A DNA stretch of 64,000 nucleotides from Amphiscolops sp. MND2022 (Eukaryota), in the NCBI GenBank assembly GCA_964187785.1, contig OZ076418.1, positions 55,304,001 through 55,368,000 of the forward strand, read 5' to 3'. Of this stretch, positions 46,127 through 57,897 are shown in pieces. Position 1 is the first letter of the stretch. Every line of letters starts with the position of its first letter. The notes beneath the pieces are model-generated. The model saw only the letters and a list, made by a program, of their open reading frames with translations, was not told the origin of the DNA and made no database searches. The position numbers were made by a program, and so were the translations under genes.

Positions 46127-49008
46127 ATCTATAAGGGTCAATAGGAGAAATCCGGAGGCGGAGGCAGAACTGAAGGGGCAGAGGAGATAGGCAAATGAGA
46201 ATAAGTTAAGCCTAATGAGGGATAATCTGGGTCACAGGGGCTCTGGTCAGGGTGACTGGTGGGGCAGAACGGTCAAGTACGTTTGGAGTAGATGCTTTGT
46301 GGGAGTTTGTGCTGCGCAAGCTTTGGATAGGCCGTGAGGCTAATTAGAGTAAGTTGGGCCTAATGCTAGGGAGGATTTGTTATCCTGCGGGCTAGGCTAT
46401 TCGGATGAATTGAGTGTAGCGTGACACCAAGTCACAGGCTTTCGCTCACTTGCTGGTTGGGCAGGTGGGATATATTGTTTTGCAAGAATTAATGCTTTTA
46501 GGCTGAGTAGCCGAAGGGTGCTGAAATCGTAGGCTGAAAAGGCTGGATATGCTGTCAGCTAAAACAGACCAGTGGAATTCGGATTTGCTTTGGCAAAAAA
46601 GGTTTCAACGATTCCCTTGACACCAAAGCGCTTCGAGCTTTTAATACTGAAAGAAACGTGTTTTTTTAATGAAAATGAGAAATGACAAATTATAGGGTCC
46701 ATTTCATTGCTTGTTTGATTTGTCAGTGATGGGGGATTGGATTTAAAGTTATACTATTTTGAAATATACCTCCAATTGGCGAGAGACAATGAGGTATGGA
46801 AGTTGTTTGTCTTTCTTGCATGTGGGATGCCATTTGGGCTTCTATTTCTAGAAAAAAAAACAAATTTTTTCAAGGGTCTCAGTATACGGTCAAGTAATTT
46901 TTTAAATGAATATGAAAGTTGAAATTAACCGTCGGGCGCTTGCTCAGTGGTGCTTTGTACTGAAGCTGCGATTGTTTGTCTTTCTTGCACGTGGGATGCC
47001 ATTTGTGCTTCTATTTCTAGAAAAAAAAACAAATTTATACAAGGGTCTCAGAATACGGTCAAGAATTTTTTAAATCGAATATGAAAGTTGAAATTAACCG
47101 TCGGGCGCTTGCTCAGTGGTGATTTGTACTGAATATTCGATTTTGTCTTTCTTGCACGTGGGATGCCATTTGGGCTTCTATTTCTAGAAAAAAAAACAAA
47201 TTTATACAAGGGTCTCAGAATACGGTCAAGCAATTTTTTAAATCGAATATGAAAGTTGAAATTAACCGTCGGGCGCTTGCTCACTGGTGCTTTGTACTGA
47301 ATATTCGATTGTTTGTCTTTCTTGCACGTGGGATGCCATTTGTGCTTCTATTTCTAGAAAAAAAAACAAATTTATACAAGGGTCTCAGAATACGGTCAAG
47401 CAATTTTTTAAATCGAATATGAAAGTTGAAATTAACCGTCGGGCGCTTGCTCAGTGGTGCTTTGTACTGAATATTCGATTGTTTGTCTTTCTTGCACGTG
47501 GGATGCCATTTGTGCTTCTATTTCTAGAAAAAAAAACAAATTTAAACAAGGGTCTCAGAATACAGTCAAGCAATTTTTTATCAGAATTTCCTTAATCTTT
47601 TTCTAACTCGAAAATCTTTTTCATACTGCGTTATTGGAATTTCCTTGAAATTTTCATGATCAAAAATATTTTCATAATGCGTTATCAGAATTTCCTTAAC
47701 CTTTTTCTAGCTCCGAAGTATTTTTCATACTGTGTTATCAGAATTCTAAAACTTCTAATTTAAATTTTTTCCAGGTCTCTGCCACAGTCGCTTAAAAATA
47801 AGATCGCTTAGAAATAGAAACTCAACAAAAGTATCGGCGCACAGTTAAAATTGCTGAAATGCGTCTTTTGAGTGATTTTGGAAGTTTTTTATCCATACAA
47901 AAAAATTTGCATAACCAATGACAAGATCGAGAAAATCCAAGAAATTGGTAACATCTTAGAATCCAAAACCTTAAGACGTCACCGATTTTTGGTTCTTCTA
48001 TCCAAAATGTCCAAACATTTGTCTTTGCCTAATTTGTCTCAGAGTGTCATAAAGTTGTTTGAAACTTAATTGCATTGTCACTTTTGTGCCATAATCGCAT
48101 TAATATGTCCGAAAGAGGTGTAAGTTCATATAAATACTTACACTACTTGTTTGACGTTTTCAATTTGTTAAGAAAGGGGGCCGGATGCTGTTGGAAGCGG
48201 TGTTCGTGGGAATAATTCGAAATTAATTACTCAAATCACTCAAGAAACTGATCAGTTTTTTGGTGTCTTCGTAAATTCAAACTCATCAAATAATTCTAAA
48301 ATCTTGTTCTGTATGTTCTAAAAAGATATAACAGTATTTAAGACTGGGACCAGACTACAACCTGTTCATATTTATTACTTGAAACAGATCATTGTATTTT
48401 TTTTAATTCTAAAACAATTTTCAAAATTATAGTCCGGGACCAGACTAGAACCTGTTCAAATATAGTTCTTGAAACATATCGTTGTAAGTTTACATTCTAG
48501 AACGATTTTCAAAATTATAGTCCGGGACCAGACTAGAACCTGTTCAAATTTAGTACTTGAAACATATCGTTGTAAGTTTACATTCTAGAACGATATTCGG
48601 AATTTTAGTCCGGCACCAGACTAGAACCTGTTCAAATATAGTACTTGAAACATATCGTTGTAAGTTTACATTCTAGAACGATATTCGGAATTTTAGTCCG
48701 GGACCAGACTAGAACCTGTTCAAATATAGTACTTGAAACATATCGTTGTAAGTTTAACATTCTAGAACGATTTTCAAAATTTTAGTCCGGGACAGACTAG
48801 AACGTGTTGCCCACAATCTCATCATTCAAAAACAGTCAATTCAATTGAAGGAATTTGATAATTCAAACAGAGATAATACAACAGAAGATAATACAACATA
48901 GATAACAACTGAATTCTATATGATTATTCAAAATTCAATGGTGTAAACAACGAAACAAAAGTAACCGCCCCCCCGCATCGGTTGTAGTTAATGAGGATCC
49001 CAACTGGG

Positions 49009-50268
49009 TTACCAGTTGAGATTAGGGAACTCGCCACCCCTGGCCACGGCTCCAACCACTTGCCTCAGGGTGGTATTTGCATCTGCTGCGTTCGACCCTG
49101 CTCTAGTTTGGTATGGGGTCACAGGCGCATCTGCAGGGGCAGTGTTGTCCAAGTTAAAGGTCACTGCATTGTTATTTGCCCCAGTGAGGTTCTTCATGAA
49201 ATACATGCATGTGAAGTTCATCTGGAGTTGTGTCACCAGCCACATGGCAGTTGAACCAGCGTCCCTGTCAGTTGTGGCAAGGTTCCAGCTGCCTGAGTTG
49301 ACCTCGTAGGTGTACTGTGCATTGATGGCCGCCACTATGTCTTTTATTTTAAGCAAGGTGAGTACTGAGGCCTTGCCACTCGTTGGTCCGAATATGTTAA
49401 GGCAGACATCAGCCTTTAAGCCAGTCAGGTTGAACGGGTGTCCATAAAGGCCACCAACTGGACAGACTGGCCAGCCGAGTTCCCTCAAGTCTCTTATCAG
49501 CAGGTTAGTTACCACCCTGCCTGGCTTGACCTGGAATGCCCTGAGGTACTTCTTCACCTTGGGTTCAGAGAGCTTGTCAAGCATGTATGCTGCAATGAAC
49601 GGGTATATGCACTCGTTGACAGCATTGTTGTTTTCTGCAGCAACCGTCGCTGCCAGTGCATCATAGGCTTCCTTCACTCCACATGCTGTGGCCATCGCTT
49701 CTCCTTCGGCTGCAGTCTTGGCGCCTCTTGAGACTCCGTTCTTAATCCTCCGTTCACATCTGGGGAACATCTGTGGAGCCATTGCAGGGTCGAGGTCATA
49801 AATCTCGTTGAATTCATCAAAGTACTCAGGCCCCACAGCTTCTGCATTGCGGTTGTTGGCATTTAGCCTCTTCTTGGCAGCTATCCCGGTGACTATTGCG
49901 GCCAGGTTGACCATCTGGTCATTAGGAATATTTGCCAAGTTGATGTTGGCGGGCACTGGTGCCAGAAACATGTCGTATAGGCCATGCTTCACAATGAACT
50001 TGCCTATAATCAGCAATAGCTTCTTGTAGTGGGCCGATCGCAAATTGGGATCATTTGCAATCGGGTACTCCAAAATGCTCTTGAAGATCGCCTCATACAG
50101 TGCTGTTCTGGCTGCTTCAGGCGCGGCGTTTATCCCCTGCACCATCAGAAGAGCATTTTGTCTCACTGGCTCATTTTGGGGACTATCATTTATGAGGGTC
50201 GCCATCTGTCGGCGGTGAGCAGCATCCCTTGCTGCTCTGCCATTATTTGCTACTGCTGCTTCCGCCAT
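49009..50268 (-). CDS. Array ORF copy 12, unknown 419-aa protein
   Basis: Intact ORF. Confidence 0.8.
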   Translation of the reverse strand: MAEAAVANNGRAARDAAHRRQMATLINDSPQNEPVRQNALLMVQGINAAPEAARTALYEAIFKSILEYPIANDPNLRSAHYKKLLLIIGKFIVKHGLYDMFLAPVPANINLANIPNDQMVNLAAIVTGIAAKKRLNANNRNAEAVGPEYFDEFNEIYDLDPAMAPQMFPRCERRIKNGVSRGAKTAAEGEAMATACGVKEAYDALAATVAAENNNAVNECIYPFIAAYMLDKLSEPKVKKYLRAFQVKPGRVVTNLLIRDLRELGWPVCPVGGLYGHPFNLTGLKADVCLNIFGPTSGKASVLTLLKIKDIVAAINAQYTYEVNSGSWNLATTDRDAGSTAMWLVTQLQMNFTCMYFMKNLTGANNNAVTFNLDNTAPADAPVTPYQTRAGSNAADANTTLRQVVGAVARGGEFPNLNW

Positions 50269-53082
50269 ATCTATAAGGGTCAATAGGAGAAATCCGGAGG
50301 CGAAGGCAGAACTGAAGGGGCAGAGGAGATAGGCAAATGAGAATAAGTTAAGCCTAATGAGGGATAATCTGGGTCACAGGTGCTCTGGTCAGGGTGACTG
50401 GTGGGGCAGAACGGTCAAGTACGTTTGGAGTAGATGCTTTGTGGGAGTTTGTGCTGCGCAAGCTTTGGATAGGCCGTGAGGCTAATTAGAGTAAGTTGGG
50501 CCTAATGCTAGGGAGGATTTGTTATCCTGCGGGCTAGGCTATTCGGATGAATTGAGTGTAGCGTGACACCAAGTCACAGGCTTTCGCTCACTTGCTGGTT
50601 GGGCAGGTGGGATATATTGTTTTGCAAGAATTAATGCTTTTAGGCTGAGTAGCCGAAGGGTGCTGAAATCGTAGGCTGAAAAGGCTGGATATGCTGTCAG
50701 CTAAAACAGACCAGTGGAATTCGGATTTGCTTTGGCAAAAAAGGTTTCAACGATTCCCTTGACACCAAAGCGCTTCGAGCTTTTAATACTGAAAGAAACG
50801 TGTTTTTTTAATGAAAATGAGAAATGACAACTTTTAGGGTCCATTTCATTGCTTGTTTGATTTGTCAGTGATGGGGGATTGGATTTAAAGTTATACTATT
50901 TTGAAATATACCTCCAATTGGCGAGAGACAATGAGGTATGGAAGTTGTTTGTCTTTCTTGCACGTGGGATGCCATTTGGGCTTCTATTTCTAGAAAAAAA
51001 AACAAATTTATTCAAGGGTCTCAGTATACGGTCAAGTAATTTTTTAAATGAATATGAAAGTTGAAATTAACCGTCGGGCGCTTGCTCAGTGGTGCTTTGT
51101 ACTGAAGCTGCGATTGTTTGTCTTTCTTGCACGTGGGATGCCATTTGGGCTTCTATTTCTAGAAAAAAAAACAAATTTATACAAGGGTCTCAGAATACGG
51201 TCAAGCAATTTTTTAAATCGAATATGAAAGTTGAAATTAACCGTCGGGCGCTTGCTCAGTGGTGATTTGTACTGAATATTCGATTGTTTGTCTTTCTTGC
51301 ACGTGGGATGCCATTTGGGCTTCTATTTCTAGAAAAAAAAATTTATACAAGGGTCTCAGAATACGGTCAAGCAATTTTTTAAATCGAATATGAAAGTTGA
51401 AATTAACCGTCGGGCGCTTGCTCAGTGGTGCTTTGTACTGAATATTCGATTGTTTGTCTTTCTTGCACGTGGGATGCCATTTGTGCTTCTATTTCTAGAA
51501 AAAAAACAAATTTATACAAGGGTCTCAGAATACGGTCAAGCAATTTTTTAAATCGAATATGAAAGTTGAAATTAACCGTCGGGCGCTTGCTCAGTGGTGC
51601 TTTGTACTGAATATTCGATTGTTTGTCTTTCTTGCACGTGGGATGCCATTTGTGCTTCTATTTCTAGAAAAAAAAACAAATTTATACAAGGGTCTCAGAA
51701 TACAGTCGAGCAATTTTTTATCAGAATTTCCTTAATCTTTTTCTAACTCCGAAGTATTTTTCATACTGTGTTATCAGAATTCTCAAACTTCTAATTTAAA
51801 TTTTTTCCAGGTCTCCGCCACAGTCGCTTAAAAATAAGATCGCTTAGAAATAGAAACTCAACAAAAGTATCGGCGCACAGTTAAAATTGCTGAAATGCGT
51901 CTTTTGAGTGATTTTGGAAGTTTTTTATCCATACAAAAAAATTTGCATAACCAATGACAAGATCGAGAAAATCCAAGAAATTGGTAACATCTTAGAATCC
52001 AAAACACTAAGACGTCACCGATTTTTGGTTCTTCTATCCAAAATGTCCAAACATTTGTCTTTGCCTAATTTGTCTCAGAGTGTCATAAAGTTGTTTGAAA
52101 CTTAATTGCATTGTCACTTTTGTGCCATAATCGCATTAATATGTCCGAAAGAGGTGTAAGTTCATATAAATACTTACACTACTTGTTTGACGTTTTCAAT
52201 TTGTTAAGAAAGGGGGCCGGATGCTGTTGGAAGCGGTGTTCGTGGGAATAATTCGAAATTAATTACTCAAATCACTCAAGAAACTGATCAGTTTTTTGGT
52301 GTCTTCGTAAATTCAAACTCATCAAATAATTCTAAAATCTTGTTCTGTATGTTCTAAAAAGATATAACAGTATTTAAGACTGGGACCAGACTACAACCTG
52401 TTCATATTTATTACTTGAAACAGATCATTGTATTTTTTTTTAATTCTAAAACAATTTTCAAAATTATAGTCCGGGACCAGACTAGAACCTGTTCAAATAT
52501 AGTACTTGAAACATATCGTTGTAAGTTTACATTCTAGAACGATTTTCAAAATTATAGTCCGGGACCAGACTAGAACCTGTTCAAATTTAGTACTTGAAAC
52601 ATATCGTTGTAAGTTTACATTCTAGAACGATATTCGGAATTTTAGTCCGGCACCAGACTAGAACCTGTTCAAATATAGTACTTGAAACATATCGTTGTAA
52701 GTTTACATTCTAGAACGATATTCGGAATTTTAGTCCGGGACCAGACTAGAACCTGTTCAAATATAGTACTTGAAACATATCGTTGTAAGTTTAACATTCT
52801 AGAACGATTTTCAAAATTTTAGTCCGGGACAGACTAGAACGTGTTGCCCACACTGGTCGATATTTAAGTTCAACTAAAAATCTAACTTCAAAAAAATATC
52901 TCATCATTCAAAAACAGTCAATTCAATTGAAGGAATTTGATAATTCAAACAGAGATAATACAACAGAAGATAATACAACATAGATAACAACTGAATTCTA
53001 TATGGTTATTCAAAATTCAATGGTGTAAACAACGAAACAACATAAAATACAAGCTAGTCACTAGATGAGTCCGAATCATTCC

Positions 53083-53152
53083 CTAAGAGAGGATGTTGAT
53101 CACTAAGTGAAACGACTTCGTCGTTCACCCAGTGATCAGCAACCTCCCTTAG
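53083..53152 (-). other. 70-nt near-perfect inverted repeat directly after the zinc-finger exon stop (second copy 58160-58229)
   Basis: ctaagagaggatgttgatcact-aa-gtgaaacgac-ttc-gtcgttcac-cc-agtgatcagcaacctcccttag. Confidence 0.8.
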
Positions 53153-53159
53153 AGCAGCT

Positions 53160-53396
53160 TCAGTGTAAATGTTGACCAAATGAATCGAACACTTTCCCAA
53201 CAGTGCGAAAGTGTCGAAACATTTGGTCTCGCTTCAGGTTCTTTTTTGACTGATAATGTCGCAGGAGTTCTTTCTCCCCATGTGTAAGCATGGAGATATT
53301 TTTTTTGCAAATCCTGCAATAAAATTTGTGAGGCTCTCCATTCTCCGGCCGAGTGGCGAAGAGTCGGAAGAACGGGTCACGTTGTGTTTTTAGCAG
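53160..53396 (-). pseudogene. BED-like zinc-finger exon without ATG (also 58237-58473); not in ORF track
   Basis: Manual translation: ..PHKFYCRICKKNISMLTHGEKELLRHYQSKKNLKRDQ..; the expected last His is Asn. Confidence 0.5.
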
Positions 53397-53554
53397 TTAA
53401 GTTTTTAACAGACTTGACAAGGTGGCGCCCAGACGATGACGTCTTGCCTCTTGAAGTTGTCGGAACTAAAACACGAAATAAGGAATTACAGGAGAACTAT
53501 AACCAAACGTGTGCGGGGGGAGGGTCGATAGTGCACTGTTTTGATTGATTTGTG

Positions 53555-54360
53555 TTAACGAGTTCTAGTCTGCTCCCGGAATAGAATTTGAAAATCTACT
53601 CTAGAATAAATAAATAGCAAGTAAATTAAATAAAAGTAAAAATTACCGTTCATTTGACTGAATGTCTCTGCTACCGTCTGCTGAATAATGGCCCTCAGGT
53701 CCCCTTGATCCAATACTACCACGGGATCAGTATTGGTAGCAGCATCTGATGTGACGGCTTGTGGTGGTATATTGCACTCCGATGGTTCCTCCTCCTCCAC
53801 AACTGTCGATCACGGACTGAAAGTTTGATTTGTAACCTAGAAAATCAAATATCTGAAGAATCGAACATTTAACTCGACTCTACAAAATGATTTCCATAAT
53901 GAACCTTAATTTCACCGCGTAATAAAATTGAAAAACATCAGAATAAAACAAAATTACATGTTTTTTTCCAGATTGTACCCGGCGTCCTCGAGGCGTTTCG
54001 CCACATCTTTGGGGAGACGTTTGTTTGCAAATCTAGGAAAAGATTGACTGCCCCCTTCACATTATTCGGTGGCTGTGGTTCTCTGAACGTCGTCAAAGCT
54101 CTTCTGAAGTTTTTTTTTCATTTTTTGGTCTTCGGTGAGTCGACTTTGTTGGGTAGCACGTCGACTTTCTCACGATATCCAGTCCAGACTAATCGAAGTC
54201 TGGACCTGTCTTGCTTGAGTTTATAATAGCTGCGTAGCAGCTTTCGTTCGTTTCTGGACATGCCCCTGTGCCCTTTGGCATGCGTCAAGATGTCTGTGAC
54301 AACATCGCCGCATATGATGCACTTCAGTCGAGGAGGCTCAGTCGTCTCGGAATCTGCTGA
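53555..54360 (-). pseudogene. Fragments of a probably spliced or degenerate zinc-finger gene (also ~58632-59440)
   Basis: CIICGDVVTDILTHAKGH (C-x2-C-x9-H-x3-H) after acceptor-like ttttcttcattcag; acidic/Pro exon EEEEPSECNIPP ending at donor-like G/GTAATT. Confidence 0.4.
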
Positions 54361-55304
54361 ATGAAGAAAAAACGTTTTGATCAAAACAAGTTGAATGAAG
54401 ACATTCTGATAAATTCTAATTGCAATGAAAGACAGTTTTTCGAATTTAGAGTCTATGACTATTCCTGAATAACTTCGGATTATACTATTTGGGCCATTGT
54501 CGAAGAAATTCTGATACATATCTTAATATCACTGGAAACGAACAAAGTGAAAATTAATTTCAGAGAAAATTGTAGATATTGTTGATAAAAAGTAAGACTA
54601 TTTTCGAAACTAACCAACACTCTTGGGTTGATTATTGACCCCAGTGGTGGCTCTCATCTCACTATCTGTGGTGTAAATCAGTGATAATCTTTCGGGAGTC
54701 TCGGTACCTGTTGAACATAATTCTATATTTCAAAGATTGTAGTTTCAAAGATTGCTCAACAGTTTGCAGTTCCTTGGACTTCGAACCCGAAAGAAAAACC
54801 ATGATCATTTAAATTTCCATTTTAAATTCCTTTCAGTTTTTATTTACTTTGATGCTGATTAGTTTGATTAGCAATTGATTACTTGAAGTTTTCTTCCGTG
54901 TTAAATTTTGTGAAGGTAGAAGTTTTTTTGAAGATCGAAATATTTTATCGCATTAACATGCTCCAGTTTAATTTTCAAATTGAATAAAGTTAGAAAAGTG
55001 CTTTAGTTTTACTTAGGCATCTGAGTTTCACTTTTACAAAGTTCAGTCAGAATTTCTCGCCTGCCTGTTTCCATTTCGTTCTCATTCGAATTTCGTCGAG
55101 CAAATTTTTTTCGACTCAAGTATTCAGAATTTCTCCCCGGCAATTCAAAATAGCTTTTTAAGGATAATATCCAGAGATATACATTCATAAATGTATCTAA
55201 TATTCACTTGAACAGAAAATTAAATTGATAAAGACTTTTGGAGATTAGTGAAGAAAACTAACAATCGCTTAGGTATGGGTCGATCATATTGGTGCATGAC
55301 GTGG

Positions 55305-56055
55305 CCAGTTGGTTGTTGACCCCAGTGGTGGCTCTCGTCTCAGCCTCTGTGGCATAGTGGTGAGACAGGTCGCCAGTCTCGGAACCTGTTGAACATAATT
55401 CTATAATTTGATCAAGTATTTAAAAGAGAATGATTGGTTCTGAATGTAGGTTTTAGTCTGGTCCCAGATTGACGTTTCAATGTCAGAATTTCTCTCTTGG
55501 AATTTCAAACTCATAGACTTGTTGATTATAGAACTGAATCGTTAAGCGACATTATTGTTTGTTGATAAAAGTAAGATTCTAATTTCGAATCAAACCATCG
55601 CTCTCGGGTTGGTTGCTGACCCCAATGGCGTCTCTCATCTGAGCCTCTACGTCATAGTTGTGTGACAGGTCGCCAGTCTCGGAACCTGTTGAACCTAATT
55701 CTATAATTTGATCAAGTATTTAAAAGAGAATGATTGGTTCTGAATGTAGGTTTTAGTCCGGTCCCAGATTGAGGTTTTAATGTCAGAATTTCTCTCTTGC
55801 ATTTTCAAACTCAGACTTGTTGTATATAGAAGTTACTGAATCGTTAAGCGACATTGGTTGATTGTTGATAGAAGTAAGATTCTAATTTCGAAACTAACCA
55901 ACGCTCTCTTGTTTGTTGCTGACCCCAGTGGCGTCTCTCATCTCGGCATCTGTGGCATAGCTTCGTGACAGGTCGCCAGTCTCGGAACCTGTTGAACCTA
56001 ATTCTATAATTTGATCAAGTATTTAAAAGAGAATGATTGGTTCCGAATGTAGAAT
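55305..56055. repeat. ~300-bp tandem repeat x3 (diverged extra copy near 54635; duplicated ~60380-61130)
   Basis: tgacccca(g/a)tgg..gacaggtcgccagtctcggaacctgttgaac at 55316, 55616, 55919. Confidence 0.9.
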
Positions 56056-56244
56056 TTGTTTTTTGGTTCTTTTCCTATTTCGTTCTTATTTGAATTTCGT
56101 TGAGCAAATTTTTTCAATTCAAATTTGTCAGAATTTCTCCCCGGCAATTCGAAATTAACCATCACTCGTGATGAATAGTTGAGCGGCATTGTTGATAAGT
56201 CCGACGCAATGAAGTGTTTTGACGTACTCAAGATCAAATTCAAA

Positions 56245-56845
56245 TTATGATGAGCAGAAGTTGATGATTGCGAGAGAACTGAAAGAAGGTTGGTAATATT
56301 GATGCGAAAGAATTGACTGATTCGACTATGCTGTTTTCGGCAAAATTTTTCAACAAGTTCAGAAGTTCATGATGAAATCATGATGATCAGAAAGTGATGA
56401 TTGCGAGAGAACTGAAAGAAGGTTGACAATATCGATGCGAAAGAATTGACTGATTCGACGTTGCAGTTTTCGACAAAAATTCAGAAGTCATTATCAGAAA
56501 GCCTCAATTCTAATTTTCCTGCAGTGGTAATTGGTTAATCGTGTGAGGATTTTGCAGTAGTTTTCGACAAAATTTCAAGAGCCATTATTAAAACGCATCA
56601 ATTATACTTTTTCCTGCAGTGTAATTAGTTAATCGTGCAAGGACTGTGCAGCAGTTATCGACATAATTTGAGTAGTCATTATTAAAAAGCCTCAAATCTA
56701 CTCTTTCCTGCAGTGGTAATTAGTTGATCGTGTAAGGACTTCTCAGCAGTTTTCGACAAACCTTCGGTTGTCATTATTAAAAACGCCTCAATTCTAAATT
56801 TACTGCAGTGGCAATCAACTGATCGTTTAATTACTTTGCAGCAGA
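56245..56845. repeat. ~133-bp duplication followed by ~95-bp tandem repeat x4 (duplicated ~61320-61920)
   Basis: gatgattgcgagagaactgaaagaaggttg twice; ctgcagtg at ~95-bp spacing (56521, 56616, 56710, 56805). Confidence 0.85.
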
Positions 56846-56953
56846 TTAACTTCACGCCTCTCTATAAGGAAATTCGTCAATAGAGATTTCCGATTTTCGG
56901 ATTAGAGAGTTTTAGATTTCAGACATTCTTCCAAACAAGCGAGGAAATTTGAT

Positions 56954-57461
56954 ATGTCTCAAATCGTTATAGTTGCGGCCTCAAACGGCAGAAATTTTAG
57001 AGGTTGTAGTTTCGGGCAAGGTGTGGAATGCGTGTGGAGCAGAGGCGCAAGGACCCTTCACGAGCCTGGTAACCCAAGGAAATTAGAGAATTTGATCAAA
57101 CGAGCTATGGAGAAGTCACCCGGAGCAATAATTATCTATGCCAATGTATTGCTCAACAGTTTACGGACTCCAGATTCGATGTGAACTATTCAGAATCATT
57201 CTTCGAGCTTCGAATTTTTATATGATATCAACGTAGAAAAATATTTATTTCTATTTTTGTCCAGTTAACAGTTTTGAGAAATTCCCATCAGAAAACTTTC
57301 ACAAAATTTGTGCGAATTTCACGGGAATCATTTCACAAGATCTAACATTGTTTTTTCAAAGGTTCGCGAAGTTGATGAAATACGAACAATCACCAGAGGA
57401 AGTGGCGGTGCATCTTCGAAAAACAGAAACTTTTTTAAAGGAGAGAGGGGAGAGTATGTTC
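56954..57461 (+). pseudogene. Truncated copy of the spliced SGNH-like gene
   Basis: Exon 1 intact; exon 2 cut at the 57461 junction before the DGVH motif. Confidence 0.7.
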
Positions 57462-57897
57462 TAGAGTAAGTTTACATTCTAGAACGATATTCGGAATTTT
57501 AGTCCGGCACCAGACTAGAACCTGTTCAAATATAGTACTTGAAACATATCGTTGTAAGTTTACATTCTAGAACGATATTCGGAATTTTAGTCCGGGACCA
57601 GACTAGAACCTGTTCAAATATAGTACTTGAAACATATCGTTGTAAGTTTAACATTCTAGAACGATTTTCAAAATTTTAGTCCGGGACAGACTAGAACGTG
57701 TTGCCCACACTGGTCGATATTTAAGTTCAACTAAAAATCTAACGTCAAAAAAATATCTCATCATTCAAAAACAGTCAATTCAATTGAAGGAATTTGATAA
57801 TTCAAACAGAGATAATACAACAGAAGATAATACAACATAGATAACAACTGAATTCTATATGGTTATTCAAAATTCAATGGTGTAAACAACGAAACAA

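Larger units (their letters stand above)
4342..53040 (-). repeat. Coding macrosatellite: 12 head-to-tail units of ~3.7-4.2 kb
   Basis: Unit junction gaaacAA-AAgtaaccg(C)n at about 8259, 11941, 16139, 20330, 24350, 28546, 32572, 36770, 40956, 44817, 48959. Units near-identical; length differences come mainly from nested repeat copy number. Confidence 0.97.
53041..57461. repeat. Segment B copy 1 (~4.4 kb), truncated inside SGNH exon 2
   Basis: Near-identical to 58118-62536 (offset ~5077 bp). Confidence 0.95.

Noticed and set aside
6473-47595. ORFs such as MKVEINRRALAQW in the spacers
   Set aside because: Translations of the 170-bp repeat; frames change with A-tract length.
4377-50286. Recurrent plus-strand ORFs of 60-113 aa overlapping the array ORF (MRIPTG, MRLGNS, MSIKAT, MNSSKY, MGRSQI) and the minus 62-aa MPTTAM
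   Set aside because: Short antisense or alternative-frame shadows in different frames; they recur only because the unit is repeated and do not form a full-length reverse ORF.
53058-53130. Hammerhead-like string (ctagatgagtccg...gaaac)
   Set aside because: Core CUGANGA is not matched and stems II/III do not form; the long hairpin explains the region.
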